DNA of 64,000 nucleotides, taken from NCBI GenBank assembly GCA_947502765.1, contig CANNBA010000003.1, positions 50,236-114,235 of the forward strand. The letters run 5' to 3'. Positions 15,945 through 25,372 of the stretch are shown here, in pieces. Made by a program: the position numbers and the translations under genes. Every line of letters begins with the position of its first letter. Position 1 is the stretch's first letter. The notes beneath the pieces are model-generated. The model worked only from the letters and a program-made list of their open reading frames with translations. It was not told the origin of the DNA and did not search any database. This DNA is from Flavobacteriales bacterium (lineage in GTDB: Bacteria; Bacteroidota; Bacteroidia; Flavobacteriales; BACL11).

Positions 15945-18873
15945 CTAAGCTATCATAAATTACTTGCATAATCTCTGTTCTTACATTCATTTTTAACAAC
16001 TTCTTATTGCTTGCATCAGGGTGAATACTATTGGATAAGAAAATGTAAACTAACTGATTTTCAGGGTCCGCCCAAGCTAAAGTACCCGTAAATCCTGAAT
16101 GACCAAAACTTAAACCAGATGCACTCTGGCAAACTGGGCCTCCTTCTTGACCTTTAAAAACGGGTTTATCAAATCCTGCTCCTCTCCTATTATTTTGAGG
16201 GAATTGACGCTTTGTAAATTCACTAATCACCTGTTCAGACAAATATTGTTCCCCTCCATATTGGCCTTTTTGCAAATACATTTGGATCAATTTTGCCAAA
16301 TCATTTGCATTGGAAAAAAGTCCTGCATGGCCCCCTACTCCATCTTGCATTGCAGCCCCCTGATCATGAACATATCCTTTTAAAAGTTGGCTTCTATACA
16401 CATAATCCATTTCGGTAGGAACAATTCTCTTTTCATCAATTCTCTCCAAAGGTAAATATCCTAAATTTTCCATTCCCAATCGCTTATAAAATAAATCCTC
16501 TGTAATTTTATTTAATGGTTTTTTATATTCCTTCTCTATAATTTCTTTAAACATATAATAACCCAAATCAGAATAGAGATATTTCTTTTTTTCTAATAAC
16601 TCTGATTGTTTAATTTGTTGAATAATTGAATCAGGATATTGTTGGTGTAAATAGATGCCAGCAGCAACCTTATGAGGATATTGCTGGCTAAAAGTGTTAC
16701 TGTATAGAGTATCTCTAAATTCACTTTTACCAGATACAGAATCTTTAACTAAAGTTTTTTTGTAAAATGGAATCCATGAAGGTAATCCTGCCTGATGGGC
16801 TAAAATATCTCTAATTATTAAATCTTTTTTGTTTGTTGAATCTAAATCAAGATACTTACCTAAATGATGATCTAGATTAAACTTTTTATCATCAACCATA
16901 TCCATTAAAACAGGAACAGTAGCACCTATTTTTGTGATGGAAGCTAAATCATAAATATCAGTATTCTTTACTGCTGTCTTTTTTTCATAGCTATGAAAAC
17001 CGTATGATTTATTAAAAAAGATATTTCCATCTTTAGCAATGAGCACTTGACAACCTGGAGTTGCTGCTTGAGAAATTGCATTATCTACAATACTATCAAT
17101 TTTATAAAGTAAGTCGGTTCGGAAATTTATCTCTTCAGGCGAAACATATCTCATTCTTATTGACTCGGTTTTTAATCCTGAATGAATAGGATAATGTTTA
17201 GTATTAACAGGTAATTTCCCATGGATGCCTATCCCTCCAAAAATTGCTTGAGCAGCTTGCTCTTGGGCCACTTTACTATTTTGATAAGCCAGTATTAATC
17301 CATCAAAATTATTAGTAAATAAAAATGAATTGATACTATAAGGATTTGCAAAAATTGATACAATAACTTTTGATTGTATGGCAATAGCTTGCAAAAAAAT
17401 ATCTGTTTCTTTTGCAATTTTATAGGATTTCCAAGCATTCTCATTTGATTTATGAATACTAGCAATTACTAGATTAAATGGAGCTAATTTATTTAATAAA
17501 ACCGCTTGCTCAGAAGCAGTGGCCTGTTCTGAAATTGTAAAATGAGTTATTGGCCCATAATTTGAAAGCATTTGCTTAAAATCACTAGCATCCTCACCAA
17601 TACTAACTGATGCCATTTTTAAAGTGTCTAAGCTCTTTAAAGGTAATAAATTATCATAATTTTGTAATAAAGTCAATGATGATTGCACCAGTTTTTTATC
17701 TAGCAATTTTGTTTCAGTAGTAATAATCTGATTCTTGATTAATGATAAATCAGTAGGAGTATATTGAGCTAAACCCATCCATTGCTTGGCCATCAATATC
17801 TTATGACATCTTGCATCAATTTCTGCTTGAGAAATTTTTTTCTGTTTAATTGCTTTTTGTATTTCATCAATGGCTTTTGGGACATCTTCTGCAAAAAGCA
17901 AAACATCATTACCAGCAAGCAATGCTTTGAGATCAACTTCTGCTGGAGCATAAAACTGACTTACGCCTTTCATATTTAAAGCATCAGTGATTGCCAATCC
18001 TGTAAATCCCATTTCTTTTTTTAGTAACCCATTAACTACTTTTGGCGATAATGAAACCGCTAAATCTTTAGTATCATCTAAAGAAGGAATGTGTAAATGA
18101 GCCACCATAACAGAGCCTAAACCATTTTCAATTAACATTTTAAAAGGCAGTAGTTCCACCTGCTCTAATTGCTGTTTTAATTGATTTACAGTAGGTAATG
18201 TTTTATGAGAATCTGAATCTGTATCTCCATGGCCCGGAAAGTGCTTAGCACAGGCTAAAACATTATTATCCTGCATTCCTTTCATATAAGCTACTCCCAT
18301 TCTACCTACTTTTTGAGGGTTTTCTCCAAAGGAGCGGTTATTAATTATTGGATTTTCTGGATTAGAATTAACATCCACAACAGGAGCAAAATTAATATGT
18401 ATTCCTAACAACTTACATTGGCGAGCTACCTCCACACCCATTTCATAAATTAATTTTTCATCTTCAATAGCGCCAAGAGTCATCTGCCAGGGAAAGCGCA
18501 AAGATGAATCGAGTCTCATAGCAACTCCCCATTCCCCATCAATAGCAATCATTAAAGGAGTTTTTGACTTTGACTGATAATAATTAGTAAGTTGTGCTTG
18601 CCGAACAGGTCCTCCTTGCAAAAACATCACCCCTCCAATTTTATACTGCTGTACTAAATTAGTAATTTGCTGTTTATGATCTTCTCCCTTATTAGAATAG
18701 GCTGCTACCATAAAAAGCTGTGCAATTCGTTCCTGTTCTGATAAAGTAGTCATAATACTATCGGCCCAAGTAGTTGAATAACTTAAAAAAACTGCTTTAT
18801 TTTGGGCAAAAATATGCTGAAAATTTACTAAAAAAAGAGCCGAAACTAAAATGATAAACTGAATTTTTCTCAT
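15934..18873 (-). CDS. Fusion protein: GH3 (NagZ-like beta-N-acetylhexosaminidase) N-terminal domain + serine beta-lactamase/PBP-like hydrolase C-terminal domain
   Basis: GH3 motifs KHFPGHGDTDSDSHK and ITDAL. The C-terminal half has an S-x-x-K (LASITKIGAT) and later GHSGFTG, as in class C beta-lactamase-fold hydrolases. A signal peptide is present. Confidence 0.85.
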   Translation of the reverse strand: MRKIQFIILVSALFLVNFQHIFAQNKAVFLSYSTTWADSIMTTLSEQERIAQLFMVAAYSNKGEDHKQQITNLVQQYKIGGVMFLQGGPVRQAQLTNYYQSKSKTPLMIAIDGEWGVAMRLDSSLRFPWQMTLGAIEDEKLIYEMGVEVARQCKLLGIHINFAPVVDVNSNPENPIINNRSFGENPQKVGRMGVAYMKGMQDNNVLACAKHFPGHGDTDSDSHKTLPTVNQLKQQLEQVELLPFKMLIENGLGSVMVAHLHIPSLDDTKDLAVSLSPKVVNGLLKKEMGFTGLAITDALNMKGVSQFYAPAEVDLKALLAGNDVLLFAEDVPKAIDEIQKAIKQKKISQAEIDARCHKILMAKQWMGLAQYTPTDLSLIKNQIITTETKLLDKKLVQSSLTLLQNYDNLLPLKSLDTLKMASVSIGEDASDFKQMLSNYGPITHFTISEQATASEQAVLLNKLAPFNLVIASIHKSNENAWKSYKIAKETDIFLQAIAIQSKVIVSIFANPYSINSFLFTNNFDGLILAYQNSKVAQEQAAQAIFGGIGIHGKLPVNTKHYPIHSGLKTESIRMRYVSPEEINFRTDLLYKIDSIVDNAISQAATPGCQVLIAKDGNIFFNKSYGFHSYEKKTAVKNTDIYDLASITKIGATVPVLMDMVDDKKFNLDHHLGKYLDLDSTNKKDLIIRDILAHQAGLPSWIPFYKKTLVKDSVSGKSEFRDTLYSNTFSQQYPHKVAAGIYLHQQYPDSIIQQIKQSELLEKKKYLYSDLGYYMFKEIIEKEYKKPLNKITEDLFYKRLGMENLGYLPLERIDEKRIVPTEMDYVYRSQLLKGYVHDQGAAMQDGVGGHAGLFSNANDLAKLIQMYLQKGQYGGEQYLSEQVISEFTKRQFPQNNRRGAGFDKPVFKGQEGGPVCQSASGLSFGHSGFTGTLAWADPENQLVYIFLSNSIHPDASNKKLLKMNVRTEIMQVIYDSLDEN

Positions 18874-18954
18874 AACTGTAAAATTAAAAATTGTTATACA
18901 ATCAATAAAGAATTAACAAAAGTAATATCATGACTTATCAACTGAAATATTTAA

Positions 18955-18962
18955 TACTTTTG
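18955..18962 (+). promoter_or_regulatory. Candidate -7 promoter box (TACTTTTG), 5 nt upstream of ATG 18968
   Basis: Exact TAnnTTTG match in the 94-nt gap upstream of the small ORF that precedes mutL. Confidence 0.4.
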
Positions 18963-18967
18963 TAACT

Positions 18968-19204
18968 ATGCAAGCCCCAAAAATCCCATCTATTTTCAAA
19001 GCTTCAAGCTCCAAATCATTTTCTTTTAAGCCTAGATATTATGATGAAAAAAAAGAAAGACGAGAACAATTGGAAAAAGGGACAAAAGCAACTATCAAAT
19101 TTAATAGAAATCATACTAAAAAGCAAGCAAAAGGAAGAACTATGAGAATTGTATTTCTGATTATTATTTTATCTTTGCTAGCTTACAAATTCATTATTAA
19201 TTAA
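18968..19204 (+). CDS. Hypothetical 78-aa basic protein with C-terminal TM anchor
   Basis: Lys/Arg-rich N-terminal part and a C-terminal hydrophobic segment (MRIVFLIIILSLLAYKFII). It has its own promoter-like box and lies 11 nt upstream of mutL. Confidence 0.4.
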   Translation: MQAPKIPSIFKASSSKSFSFKPRYYDEKKERREQLEKGTKATIKFNRNHTKKQAKGRTMRIVFLIIILSLLAYKFIIN

Positions 19205-19215
19205 GTCTATTCACA

Positions 19216-20961
19216 TTGGATATAATTCAGTTATTGCCTGACCATGTCGCCAACCAAATTGCTGCCGGTGAAGTTATCCAAAGACCATCATCTGCAGTTA
19301 AAGAAATGTTGGAGAACGCTTTAGATGCGGGAAGTACAGAAATTAAGCTTTTTATAAAAGATGCCGGCAAAACACTTTTGCAAGTTGTGGATAACGGCTC
19401 TGGAATGAGTAAAGCAGATTTAAAGATGTGTTTTGAGCGACATGCTACTTCAAAAATAAAAAGTGCTGATGATTTATTTAATATCAAAAGCATGGGATTT
19501 AGAGGAGAAGCCATGGCATCAATTGCTGCAATTGCTCATGTTGAAGTCACTTCAAAATTGACCGACAAAGAACTAGGAACTCATTTAATTATTGAAGGAA
19601 GTAAGATCACAAATCATGAAGATTACGCTAGTTCAAATGGAACTTCAATGAAAGTAAAAAACCTATTTTATAATGTCCCTGCTAGAAGAAATTTCTTAAA
19701 GTCAGATCAAGTGGAGATGCGGCATATAGTGGAAGAATTTACCCGAATTGCACTTGCAAATCCTAAAGTGAAAATGCAACTTTTTCATAATAATAGCGAG
19801 TTGTTTCACTTACCAAGTTCTAATTTAAGACAAAGAATCGTAAATATTATTGGAGATAAAAAAAACGAAACTCTTGTGCCTATTGAAGAAGAAACCACAC
19901 TAGTGAAAATTACTGGTTTTGTAGGAAAGCCTGAAGCAGCCAAAAGAACAAGAGGAGAACAATACTTTTTTGTGAATAAAAGATTTATAAAAAGTCAGTA
20001 TCTCCATCATGCGGTAAGCAAAGCTTTTGAAGAAGTGATTGCTTACAATTATTTTCCATCTTACTTTATCAATCTTAGCATAGATCCTAAACTTATTGAT
20101 ATAAATATTCATCCTACAAAAACAGAAATTAAATTTGAGGATGAAAATGCTATTTATGCAATAATTAGAGCAACAGTAAAGCGATCATTAGGAGCTTACA
20201 ATATCGCCCCTTCACTAGATTTCTCTCAGGAATTATCTTTTGATCTTGATTTTTCAAATAAAGAGCCTAAAACACTCCGTCAACCAACTATTAAAGTGGA
20301 TTCAACTTATAATCCGTTTGAAAAAAAAAGTGAATATAAGCTAGAAACAGTAATAGAAAAAGAATGGAAACAGCCCACTTTATCAGAGGAGTTTGACTCA
20401 AAAAATGAGCTCAATAAGTTAAGTCAAATTGGAAATCATTTTATAGCTGTGCCCAATGAAAATGGTCTTTTGTTAATCCACCAAAGAAGAGCGCACAAGC
20501 GTATTTTGTTTGAATACTTCAAAAATATTCTAAGCCAACAAAAAGACCAATCCCAACAATTACTTTTTCCAAAGGAAATAAATCTCAACAATACAGAGTT
20601 AGAATTTATCGTTAGTATGCAAAAAGAGCTTAATGCAGTTGGGTTTATTTTTGAGTTTAAGGATAGTACTTTGGTAATTAGCGGAATTCCACCAGAGTGC
20701 CAAGAGGAAAACTTACATGGAATTATTGAAAATCTTATTGAGCAAGCTAAAAACTCCGAACAATTAAACATAAACCAGAAAGACAATCTAGCAAAATCAT
20801 TAGCTACATCACTTGCGATAAGCGAGTTTAAAAAACTTGCTGATGAAGAAATGAAATCATTAAAGAATGAACTTTTAAAATGCAAATCCCCAAGTGTTTG
20901 CCCAAGTGGAAAACGCACCATGATAAATTTAAAAACTGCTGATTTAGAAAAATACTTTTAA
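19216..20961 (+). CDS. mutL: DNA mismatch repair protein MutL
   Basis: GHKL ATPase N-terminus (IQLLPDHVANQIAAGEVIQRPSSAVKEMLENALDAGS, DNGSGM, GFRGEA). TTG start. The C-terminal dimerisation domain is present, but its endonuclease motifs are substituted (see findings). Confidence 0.93.
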   Translation: MDIIQLLPDHVANQIAAGEVIQRPSSAVKEMLENALDAGSTEIKLFIKDAGKTLLQVVDNGSGMSKADLKMCFERHATSKIKSADDLFNIKSMGFRGEAMASIAAIAHVEVTSKLTDKELGTHLIIEGSKITNHEDYASSNGTSMKVKNLFYNVPARRNFLKSDQVEMRHIVEEFTRIALANPKVKMQLFHNNSELFHLPSSNLRQRIVNIIGDKKNETLVPIEEETTLVKITGFVGKPEAAKRTRGEQYFFVNKRFIKSQYLHHAVSKAFEEVIAYNYFPSYFINLSIDPKLIDINIHPTKTEIKFEDENAIYAIIRATVKRSLGAYNIAPSLDFSQELSFDLDFSNKEPKTLRQPTIKVDSTYNPFEKKSEYKLETVIEKEWKQPTLSEEFDSKNELNKLSQIGNHFIAVPNENGLLLIHQRRAHKRILFEYFKNILSQQKDQSQQLLFPKEINLNNTELEFIVSMQKELNAVGFIFEFKDSTLVISGIPPECQEENLHGIIENLIEQAKNSEQLNINQKDNLAKSLATSLAISEFKKLADEEMKSLKNELLKCKSPSVCPSGKRTMINLKTADLEKYF

Positions 20962-20962
20962 A

Positions 20963-21700
20963 ATGTACAGACCCACATCATTTAGCCAACTTCCTGAAAT
21001 AGTTAAGAACTTACTTATAATAAATGGATTATTGTTTTTAGGCACAATTTCATTAGAGAATTACGGAATTGATTTGACCCAAATGCTTGCATTGCATCAA
21101 TTTCAATCACCTGACTTTAGGCCTCATCAATTAGTAACACATATGTTTATGCATGCTAATTTTACTCATTTATTTTTTAACATGTTTGCCCTTTGGATGT
21201 TCGGCAAAACTCTAGAAAATGTATGGGGAGGAAAAAGATTCTTGATCTATTATATGTTTACAGGGCTCGGGGCTGCAGCACTGCATTTAGGAGTAAGCCA
21301 ATATGAGATTTTAAGTTTACAAGCTCAACTTAACTCATCTGATTTAAATATGATTTTAGAAAATGGAAATAGTGTTTTACAAGGAAATCAGAATTACTCT
21401 AACCAGATAATGGGAAAACTTAATTTACTTATAAATACTCCAACAGTAGGTGCTTCAGGGGCAGTATTTGGGATTCTCTTAGCATTTGGAATGTTATTTC
21501 CAAATACTTTGCTATATATCTATTTTGCAATTCCAATAAAAGCCAAATACTTTGTAATGGTATATGGAGCGCTAGAACTTTATTCCGGCTTAAGTAATAA
21601 TCCGGCAGATAATGTAGCCCATTTTGCACATTTGGGAGGGATGCTTTTTGGATTCCTACTTCTAAAATATTGGCAAAAAAATAATACTCAATTCTACTAA
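20963..21700 (+). CDS. Rhomboid-family intramembrane serine protease
   Basis: HxxxN (HANFTHLFFNM), GxSG (VGASGAVFG) and catalytic His (AHFAHLGG) in a polytopic membrane protein. Confidence 0.85.
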   Translation: MYRPTSFSQLPEIVKNLLIINGLLFLGTISLENYGIDLTQMLALHQFQSPDFRPHQLVTHMFMHANFTHLFFNMFALWMFGKTLENVWGGKRFLIYYMFTGLGAAALHLGVSQYEILSLQAQLNSSDLNMILENGNSVLQGNQNYSNQIMGKLNLLINTPTVGASGAVFGILLAFGMLFPNTLLYIYFAIPIKAKYFVMVYGALELYSGLSNNPADNVAHFAHLGGMLFGFLLLKYWQKNNTQFY

Positions 21701-22578
21701 TGGATAGTATTTTAAATAATCTAAAGAAAGAATTTAAACAAGGTACTATTACTAACAAACTCATCTATATAAATGTAGGTATATTTTTACTATTCAGCAT
21801 TTTAGGAGTATTTTCATTCATGTTTCAATTTGATTTTCAAGCTATTTTAAATAAATTATATTTACCTGCAAATGCCAGCATTCTAATAAAACAACCATGG
21901 TCATTTCTCTCTTATATGTTTTTGCATAGTGGATTTTTACATCTGCTTTTTAATATGGTTTGGCTTCATTTTGGCGGAAAACTATTTCTGCAATATCTAA
22001 ATCCCAAGCAATTATTAAGTACCTATATACTAGGAGGATTCTTTGGAGGAATACTCTTTATCATGGCTTATAATTATGTGCCTGCTTTTGAGTTATTAGC
22101 TGCTCAAGCATCAGCAGTTGGTGCATCAGCATCAGTACTTGCAATTGTAATTGCTATAGCTACTTATACCCCAAATTATCCTGTGCAATTTCCATTTATT
22201 GGATTTATAAAACTAAAATACATTGCAATATTTATGGTATTGCTAGATATATTAAGTATTCCAAAAGGAAATGCAGGAGGGCATATAGCGCATTTAGGAG
22301 GGGCACTCTTTGGATATCTTTACATTAAGCAATTACAAACAGGAAACAATTTGAGCATTAATTTCTCCAATTTTTTAGAACGACTTATCAATACATTCAA
22401 AACAAAAAGCAAACTAAAAAAAGTACATAAAAGAGCAAAATCAGACTATGAGTTTAATGCGGAAAAATCAGCAAAACAAAAGGAAATTGATAAAATTTTG
22501 GAGAAAATTGCCAACTCAGGTTATGAAAGTTTAAGTAAAGAGGAAAAAACAACTCTTTTTAGTGCAAGCAAAAAATAA
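21700..22578 (+). CDS. Rhomboid-family protein with charged C-terminal extension
   Basis: HSGFLHLLFNM, GASAS (variant of GxSG) and AHLGGALFG. A ~70-aa Lys/Glu-rich cytoplasmic tail follows. Its start overlaps the previous stop (TAATG). Confidence 0.78.
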   Translation: MDSILNNLKKEFKQGTITNKLIYINVGIFLLFSILGVFSFMFQFDFQAILNKLYLPANASILIKQPWSFLSYMFLHSGFLHLLFNMVWLHFGGKLFLQYLNPKQLLSTYILGGFFGGILFIMAYNYVPAFELLAAQASAVGASASVLAIVIAIATYTPNYPVQFPFIGFIKLKYIAIFMVLLDILSIPKGNAGGHIAHLGGALFGYLYIKQLQTGNNLSINFSNFLERLINTFKTKSKLKKVHKRAKSDYEFNAEKSAKQKEIDKILEKIANSGYESLSKEEKTTLFSASKK

Positions 22579-23625
22579 ATGAAAAAATTATCTCTAATAA
22601 ATAAACTGTTATATTTTCTGAATGCTATCAGCTTATTATTACTCATTTTCTCTTATTTATCTCCTTATATAAGCCCTACACTTTTTTGGCCCATCTCATT
22701 TATTGGATTAATATTTCCAATTGTATATATTATTAATATCGTATTTCTAATCTACTGGCTAATTGGCTTTAAAAAACCAATCTGGGCAAACATTATTATC
22801 CTGTTAATAGGAATTGGAAATATTAGCAATTATGTGGGTATTTCGCCAAATAGTAGCTCATCAAAAGAAAATATAAAGGTACTAAGCTATAATGTGCGTT
22901 TGTTTAACAAGTACAATTGGTTAGAAAAACCCAATGTTAAAAAAGAAATATTTAATTTTTTAAAAACAGAAAATGCAGATATTCTTTGCATACAAGAGTT
23001 CTATACTCCTGATGAAATACCCAATTTGAACTACCCTTACAGCCATATTGGATTGCAGAGCCAAAAAAGTCAATCGCACATGGCTATTTACAGTAACTAT
23101 CCTCAAATCAAGAAGGAAACTGTAAGCATTAAAGGAGAGCGAATGAATAATACTTGCATCTATTCCGATATGCTAATTAAAGGCGATACTATTAGAGTTT
23201 ACAACATACATTTAGCAAGTAATTGGTTTAATAGTTCTGATTATTCCTTTATGCAAAACCCTCAGCAAGAGAAACTCAAAGAAGGGATATTGGGTATCAC
23301 TAAGAGAATGAGAACAAGTTATAAAAAAAGAGCTGAAGAAGTAGATGTAATTAAAGAGCATATGCTATCAAGCCCTTACCCATTAATTGTTTGTGGAGAT
23401 TTTAACGACACGCCTCTTTCATATGCTTACCATTCCACTAAAGGAAATCTAGTAGATGCTTTTAGCCAATCAGGGAAAGGTATTGGCAGCTCATTTGTTA
23501 AAATTCCAGCACTTAGAATTGATTATATTTTGCATGATGCTGAATTCAAAAGTACTAACTATCAGAAATACAATCAAATTCTATCGGATCATTATGCTGT
23601 GAGTTGTGAAATAACTACTCCTTAA
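22579..23625 (+). CDS. Membrane-anchored endonuclease/exonuclease/phosphatase (EEP) family protein
   Basis: N-terminal TM segments followed by EEP motifs (VLSYNVRLFN, ILCIQEF, VCGDFNDTP, LSDHYAV). Confidence 0.8.
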   Translation: MKKLSLINKLLYFLNAISLLLLIFSYLSPYISPTLFWPISFIGLIFPIVYIINIVFLIYWLIGFKKPIWANIIILLIGIGNISNYVGISPNSSSSKENIKVLSYNVRLFNKYNWLEKPNVKKEIFNFLKTENADILCIQEFYTPDEIPNLNYPYSHIGLQSQKSQSHMAIYSNYPQIKKETVSIKGERMNNTCIYSDMLIKGDTIRVYNIHLASNWFNSSDYSFMQNPQQEKLKEGILGITKRMRTSYKKRAEEVDVIKEHMLSSPYPLIVCGDFNDTPLSYAYHSTKGNLVDAFSQSGKGIGSSFVKIPALRIDYILHDAEFKSTNYQKYNQILSDHYAVSCEITTP

Positions 23626-24595
23626 TTAAAAGGAACTCTAAGCGATTAGGATAAATACGCTCAAGCTTTATATTTTCAGATAAATTATCATATTTTACAG
23701 CAATCGTTTTTTGCTCTCCAAGCTCAGAGGCATCAATAAATAATTTTAATGAATTTGTTTTTAAAAGTTGGTATTTATCTTTAGGTAGCCTTAAAGTGAC
23801 ACTTACATCTCTAGGAAATAGCTTCATAGAATATCCTTTTTTAAGATTACGAATTTCAACTTCTTGTGTAATAATTTGCTCAATAAAGGGTTCAACAATG
23901 AGCTCCACCGAAACAGAACTAGTTTTGCATTTCAAACCATTTGGCAAAAAAAGAGCAATCTCATGCGTCTGATTTTTATCAAGGTTATTTAACTTTAACA
24001 AATCAGTTGTAACACTACTAATTGTATCTAACAAATCCTGCTCACCATAAATGATTACCGAACTAGGAGTTAATTTTATATCATTAGCCAGCCAAAATTC
24101 CTGCTTGAAACTAATCTCCGAATTTAATACCACTGGAACTTCTTTTTTAATTTTGTTAGCAAAGGGTATGATTATCCTTTCAGGATTTATATTCAGTATC
24201 TCTATTGATGTACCCAAAACATCTATCACTTCTTGTCGCTTAGAATTCATAATCCATAAAAAGTTCTTGCCATTAGTTATTGGTTGAGAGTTAGCCGCCT
24301 TATAATCTAAAATCAGTGAATTGTAGTTAAATAAATGAAATGAAATGATGGAAGTACCAGCAGCTTTTACACGTACCTGAACAAAATCAACTGGCTTAAC
24401 AACTTCCATCAAATCAGCAGGATAATTGATATACTTAATAGGAACCAAAAAAGTAGTTTCATGTGTTTTTGACAACATAGTCAAAAACCAAAATACACAA
24501 GAAATAAAGAAGAAAAAAGCATAGGTATTTAACTTCTTGTTTTTTGATAAGGACTTAAAAAAATTACCAACTATTTCTTTTAAGTTAGCAAACAT
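23615..24595 (-). CDS. YbbR-like domain protein
   Basis: N-terminal TM followed by repeated beta-rich YbbR-type modules. It sits in the yajC / DUF1573 / nusB neighbourhood typical of Bacteroidota. Confidence 0.6.
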   Translation of the reverse strand: MFANLKEIVGNFFKSLSKNKKLNTYAFFFFISCVFWFLTMLSKTHETTFLVPIKYINYPADLMEVVKPVDFVQVRVKAAGTSIISFHLFNYNSLILDYKAANSQPITNGKNFLWIMNSKRQEVIDVLGTSIEILNINPERIIIPFANKIKKEVPVVLNSEISFKQEFWLANDIKLTPSSVIIYGEQDLLDTISSVTTDLLKLNNLDKNQTHEIALFLPNGLKCKTSSVSVELIVEPFIEQIITQEVEIRNLKKGYSMKLFPRDVSVTLRLPKDKYQLLKTNSLKLFIDASELGEQKTIAVKYDNLSENIKLERIYPNRLEFLLIKE

Positions 24596-24891
24596 TACTT
24601 TTGTTCAATACTGACTTCACCACTCATTGACACTGCTGATTTTTCTACTTTTAGTGTAGTTCCACCATGTACCTCAATAATAACAGTATCTTCTTTTATA
24701 TCGGTAATTTTTCCGTGTATTCCTCCAATAGTAATTACTTTATCTCCTTTTTGTAATGCTAAGCGATATTCACGTTCTTTCTTTTGCTTTTTAATTTGAG
24801 GACGAATCATGAAAAAATACATTACGGCAAAAATCATACCGAACATAATTAGCGAACTCATACCTGAACCTGCTGCTTGTAATAAAATCAT
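24595..24891 (-). CDS. yajC: Preprotein translocase subunit YajC
   Basis: 98 aa with one TM, then RPQIKKQKKEREYRLALQKGDKVITIGGIHGKI. Confidence 0.85.
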   Translation of the reverse strand: MILLQAAGSGMSSLIMFGMIFAVMYFFMIRPQIKKQKKEREYRLALQKGDKVITIGGIHGKITDIKEDTVIIEVHGGTTLKVEKSAVSMSGEVSIEQK

Positions 24892-24893
24892 AA

Positions 24894-25358
24894 TTAATTG
24901 TTTTTAGGAACTAAAACTGTTCCTTTTATTGTTAATACTATTGTGCTTGGAATTGCATTAGTAACTAAAGTTACTATTTTATTTTGTTTTCCTTCTTTTT
25001 TACCACTGTTAAAAGTAACTTTAATGATGGCATCCTTTCCTGCAGTAACAGCTTCTTTTGGCCACTCAGGAACTGTACACCCACAACTTCCTTTAGCAGA
25101 GCGAATTAAAAGTGGAGCATCCCCAATATTTTTTAATCTAAACTCTGTACTAACTGATTCATCTTGATTGATTTCTCCAAAATCAAAAAAATCTTTCTCA
25201 ACTTTAATTTTTGGCATTGCAACTTGATTGGTATTTTTATCAGCTGTTAGTGGACTTTGTACTAAATCGGTAGTGATTTTTTGTTCTTGAGCTTTCGTGC
25301 ATGAGGCTAGAACTAAAAGAGCAAAACATATAATTATTGTTTTCATATTCATTTTCAA
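24894..25358 (-). CDS. DUF1573 domain lipoprotein
   Basis: Lipobox LASC. FDFGEI...LKNIGDAPLLI...GSCGCTVPEWPKE is characteristic of DUF1573. Confidence 0.7.
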   Translation of the reverse strand: MKMNMKTIIICFALLVLASCTKAQEQKITTDLVQSPLTADKNTNQVAMPKIKVEKDFFDFGEINQDESVSTEFRLKNIGDAPLLIRSAKGSCGCTVPEWPKEAVTAGKDAIIKVTFNSGKKEGKQNKIVTLVTNAIPSTIVLTIKGTVLVPKNN

Positions 25359-25372
25359 AATTACTATTTTTT

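Noticed and set aside
19047-20329. A9 homopolymers (19047-19055 in the small ORF; 20321-20329 in mutL) as possible slippage sites, including a mutator switch in mutL.
   Set aside because: A7-A9 runs are common throughout this AT-rich window, in both coding and non-coding sequence, so they are not distinctive. Only the G10 tract stands out.
20436-20921. 161-aa antisense ORF inside mutL, surprisingly long for an AT-rich genome.
   Set aside because: It is fully embedded antisense to a strongly supported gene. Its composition (Ser/Phe/Leu/Cys/Ile-rich, low complexity) is what the reverse frame of a Lys/Glu/Asn-rich gene produces. It has no promoter box and no independent space.
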